The notes under the pieces: model-generated
What the model was told of the DNA's origin: nothing
The model's input: the letters and a program-made list of their open reading frames with translations, nothing else
Database searches by the model: none
In this document: positions 62,201 through 64,000 of the stretch, in pieces
How the letters are laid out: every line of letters starts with the position of its first letter
Numbering within the stretch: the stretch's first letter is position 1
Assembly: GCF_009914755.1 (NCBI RefSeq)
Contig: NC_060926.1
Origin: the human T2T-CHM13v2.0 reference genome, Homo sapiens
DNA length: 64,000 nt
Reading direction: 5' to 3' (one strand)
Made by a program: the position numbers and the translations under genes

Positions 62201-64000
62201 GAAGCTTCATTGGGATGTTTCAATTGAAGTCACAGTGTTGAACAGTCCCTTTCATAGAGCAGGTTTGAAACACTCTTTTTGTAGTATCTGGAAGTGGACA
62301 TTTGGAGCGCTCTCAGGACTGCGGTGAAAAAGGAAATATCTTCCAATAAAAGCTAGATAGAAGCAATGTCAGAAACTTTTTCATGATGTATCTACTCAGC
62401 TAACAGAGTTGAACCTTCCTTTGAGAGAGCAGTTTTGAAACACTCTTTTTGTGGAATCTGCAAGTGGATATTTGTCTAGCTTTGAGGATTTCGTTGGAAA
62501 CCGGATTACATATAAAAAGCAGACAGCAGCATTCCCAGAAACTTCTTTGTGAGGTTTGCATTCAAGTCACAGAGTTGAACATTCCCTTTCATAGAGCAGG
62601 TTTGAAACACTCTTTTTGTAGTATCTGGATGTGGACATTTGCAGCGCTTTCAGGCCTAAGGTGAAAAAGGAAATATCTTCCCCTGAAAACTAGACAGAAG
62701 CATTCTCAGAAACTTATTTGTGATGTGCGCCCTCAACTAACAGTGTTGAAGCTTTCTTTTGATAGAGCAGTTTTGAAACACTCTTTTTGTAATATCTGCA
62801 AGAGGATATTAGGATAGCTTTGAGGATTTCGTTGGAAACGGGATTGTCTTCATATAAACTCTAGACAGAAGCATTCTCAGAAGCTTCATTGGGATGTTTC
62901 AATTGAAGTCACAGTGTTGAACAGTTCCTTTCATAGAACAGGTTTGAAACACTCTTTTTGTAGTATCTGGAAGTGGACATTTGGAGCACTCTCAGGACTA
63001 TGGTGAAAAAGGAAATATCTTCCAATAAAAGCTACATAGAAGCAATGTCAGAAACTTTTTCATGATGTATCTACTCAGCTAACAGAGTTGAACCTTTCCT
63101 TTGAGAGAGCAGTTTTGAAACACTCTTTTTGTGGAATCTGCAAGTGGATATTTGTCTAGCTTTGAGGATTTCGTTGGAAACGGGATTACATATAAAAAGC
63201 AGACAGCAGCATTCCCAGTAACTTCTTTGTGATGTTCGCATTCAAGTCACAGAGTTGAACATTCCCTTTCATAGAGCAGGTTTGAAACACTCTTTTTGTA
63301 GTATCTGGATGTGGACATTTGGAGCGCTTTCAGGCCTATGGTGAAAAAGGAAATATCTTCCCCTGAAAACTACACAGAAGCATTCTCAGAATCTTATTTG
63401 TGATGTGCGCCCTCAACTAACAGTGTTGAAGCTTTCTTTTGATAGAGCAGTTTTGAAACACTCTTTTTGTAAAATCTGCAAGAGGATATTTGGATAGCTT
63501 TGAGGATTTCGTTGGAAACGGGATTGTCTTCATATAAACTCTAGACAGAAGCATTCTCAGAAGCTTCATTGGGATGTTTCAATTGAAGTCACAGTGTTGA
63601 ACAGTCCCTTTCATAGAGCAGGTTTGAAACACTCTTTTTGTAGTATCTGGATGTGGACATTTGGAGCTCTTTCAGGCCTATGGTTTAAAAGGAAATATCT
63701 TCCCCTGAAAACTAGACAGAAGCATTCTCAGAAACTTATTTGTGATGTGCGCCCTCAACAAACAGTGTTGTAGCATTCTTTTGATAGAGCAGTTTTGAAA
63801 CACTCTTTTTGTGGAATCTGCAAGTGGATATTTGTCTAGCTTTCAGGATTTCGTTGGAAACGGGATTACATATAAAAAGCAGAAAGCAGCATTCCCAGAA
63901 ACTTCTTTGTGATGTTTGCATTCAAGTCACAGAGTTGAACATTCCCTTTCATAGAGCAGGTTTGAAACACTCTTTTTGTAGTATCTGGATGTGGACATTT

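Larger units (their letters stand above)
1..64000 (+). repeat. Centromeric alpha-satellite HOR array, 680-bp 4-mer with alternating CENP-B-box and pJalpha-box monomers
   Basis: Continuous ~171-bp monomers with alphoid motifs (CATTCTCAGAA, TTTGAAACACTCTTTTTGT, TTCGTTGGAAACGGGA). Near-identical sequence recurs every 680 bp (1/681; ORF starts 776, 1456, 2816, 3496...). Same orientation throughout. Confidence 0.99.
1..64000 (+). other. Probable human chromosome 2 D2Z1 live HOR array (SF2)
   Basis: Inference from established knowledge: D2Z1 is a 680-bp 4-mer SF2 HOR released by XbaI. Here TCTAGA occurs once per canonical unit (507-512, 1187-1192...). Not confirmed by alignment; another SF2 4-mer array or a great-ape orthologue is not excluded. 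Confidence 0.72.

Noticed and set aside
776-63921. About 100 repeated 60-122 aa ORFs (MWNLQVDICLAL..., MQTSQR..., MLNSPF...)
   Set aside because: Chance frames of the satellite repeat. Most starts are TTG/GTG shown as M, stops and frameshifts occur freely between copies, and there is no gene context. Useful only as phase markers.
1-64000. CRISPR-like or prokaryotic repeat-spacer system
   Set aside because: There are no unique spacers or cas genes. The intervening sequences are themselves repeated alphoid monomers.
1-64000. Transposon insertion (L1/Alu), inversion or non-satellite island
   Set aside because: All phase steps are explained by 680/679, 338 or 851 bp. I saw no poly(A) tail, target-site duplication, reverse-orientation monomer or foreign sequence.
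1-64000. Assignment of this window to the kinetochore/CDR site
   Set aside because: This is epigenetically defined and cannot be determined from sequence alone.

Overview
The whole 64 kb window is a head-to-tail, single-orientation array of primate (very likely human) centromeric alpha satellite. The basic higher-order repeat (HOR) is a 680-bp 4-mer. I label its monomers A (167 bp, first copy 10-176), B (171 bp, 177-347), C (171 bp, 348-518) and D (171 bp, 519-689); these are my own labels. A and C carry CENP-B boxes, B and D carry pJalpha-type boxes, and there is one XbaI site per unit. This dimeric suprachromosomal-family-2-like organisation best fits chromosome 2 D2Z1 (inference). I see no genes, RNA genes, transposon insertions, inversions or CRISPR, and the ORF track is a repeat artefact. 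I cannot support a new biological system here. The interest lies in the internal architecture: (i) chimeric monomers giving three kinds of 338-bp 2-mer, a parity-breaking 851-bp 5-mer and a length-neutral 680-bp hybrid; (ii) nested super-repeats (1360, 1530/1868, 2040, 3057, 3399, 4417, 7133, 7477, 8836 and 12230 bp offsets) traceable by private SNPs; (iii) a probable short gene-conversion tract; (iv) a left-to-right increase in CENP-B box integrity. Counts and boundaries were read by eye and are approximate.
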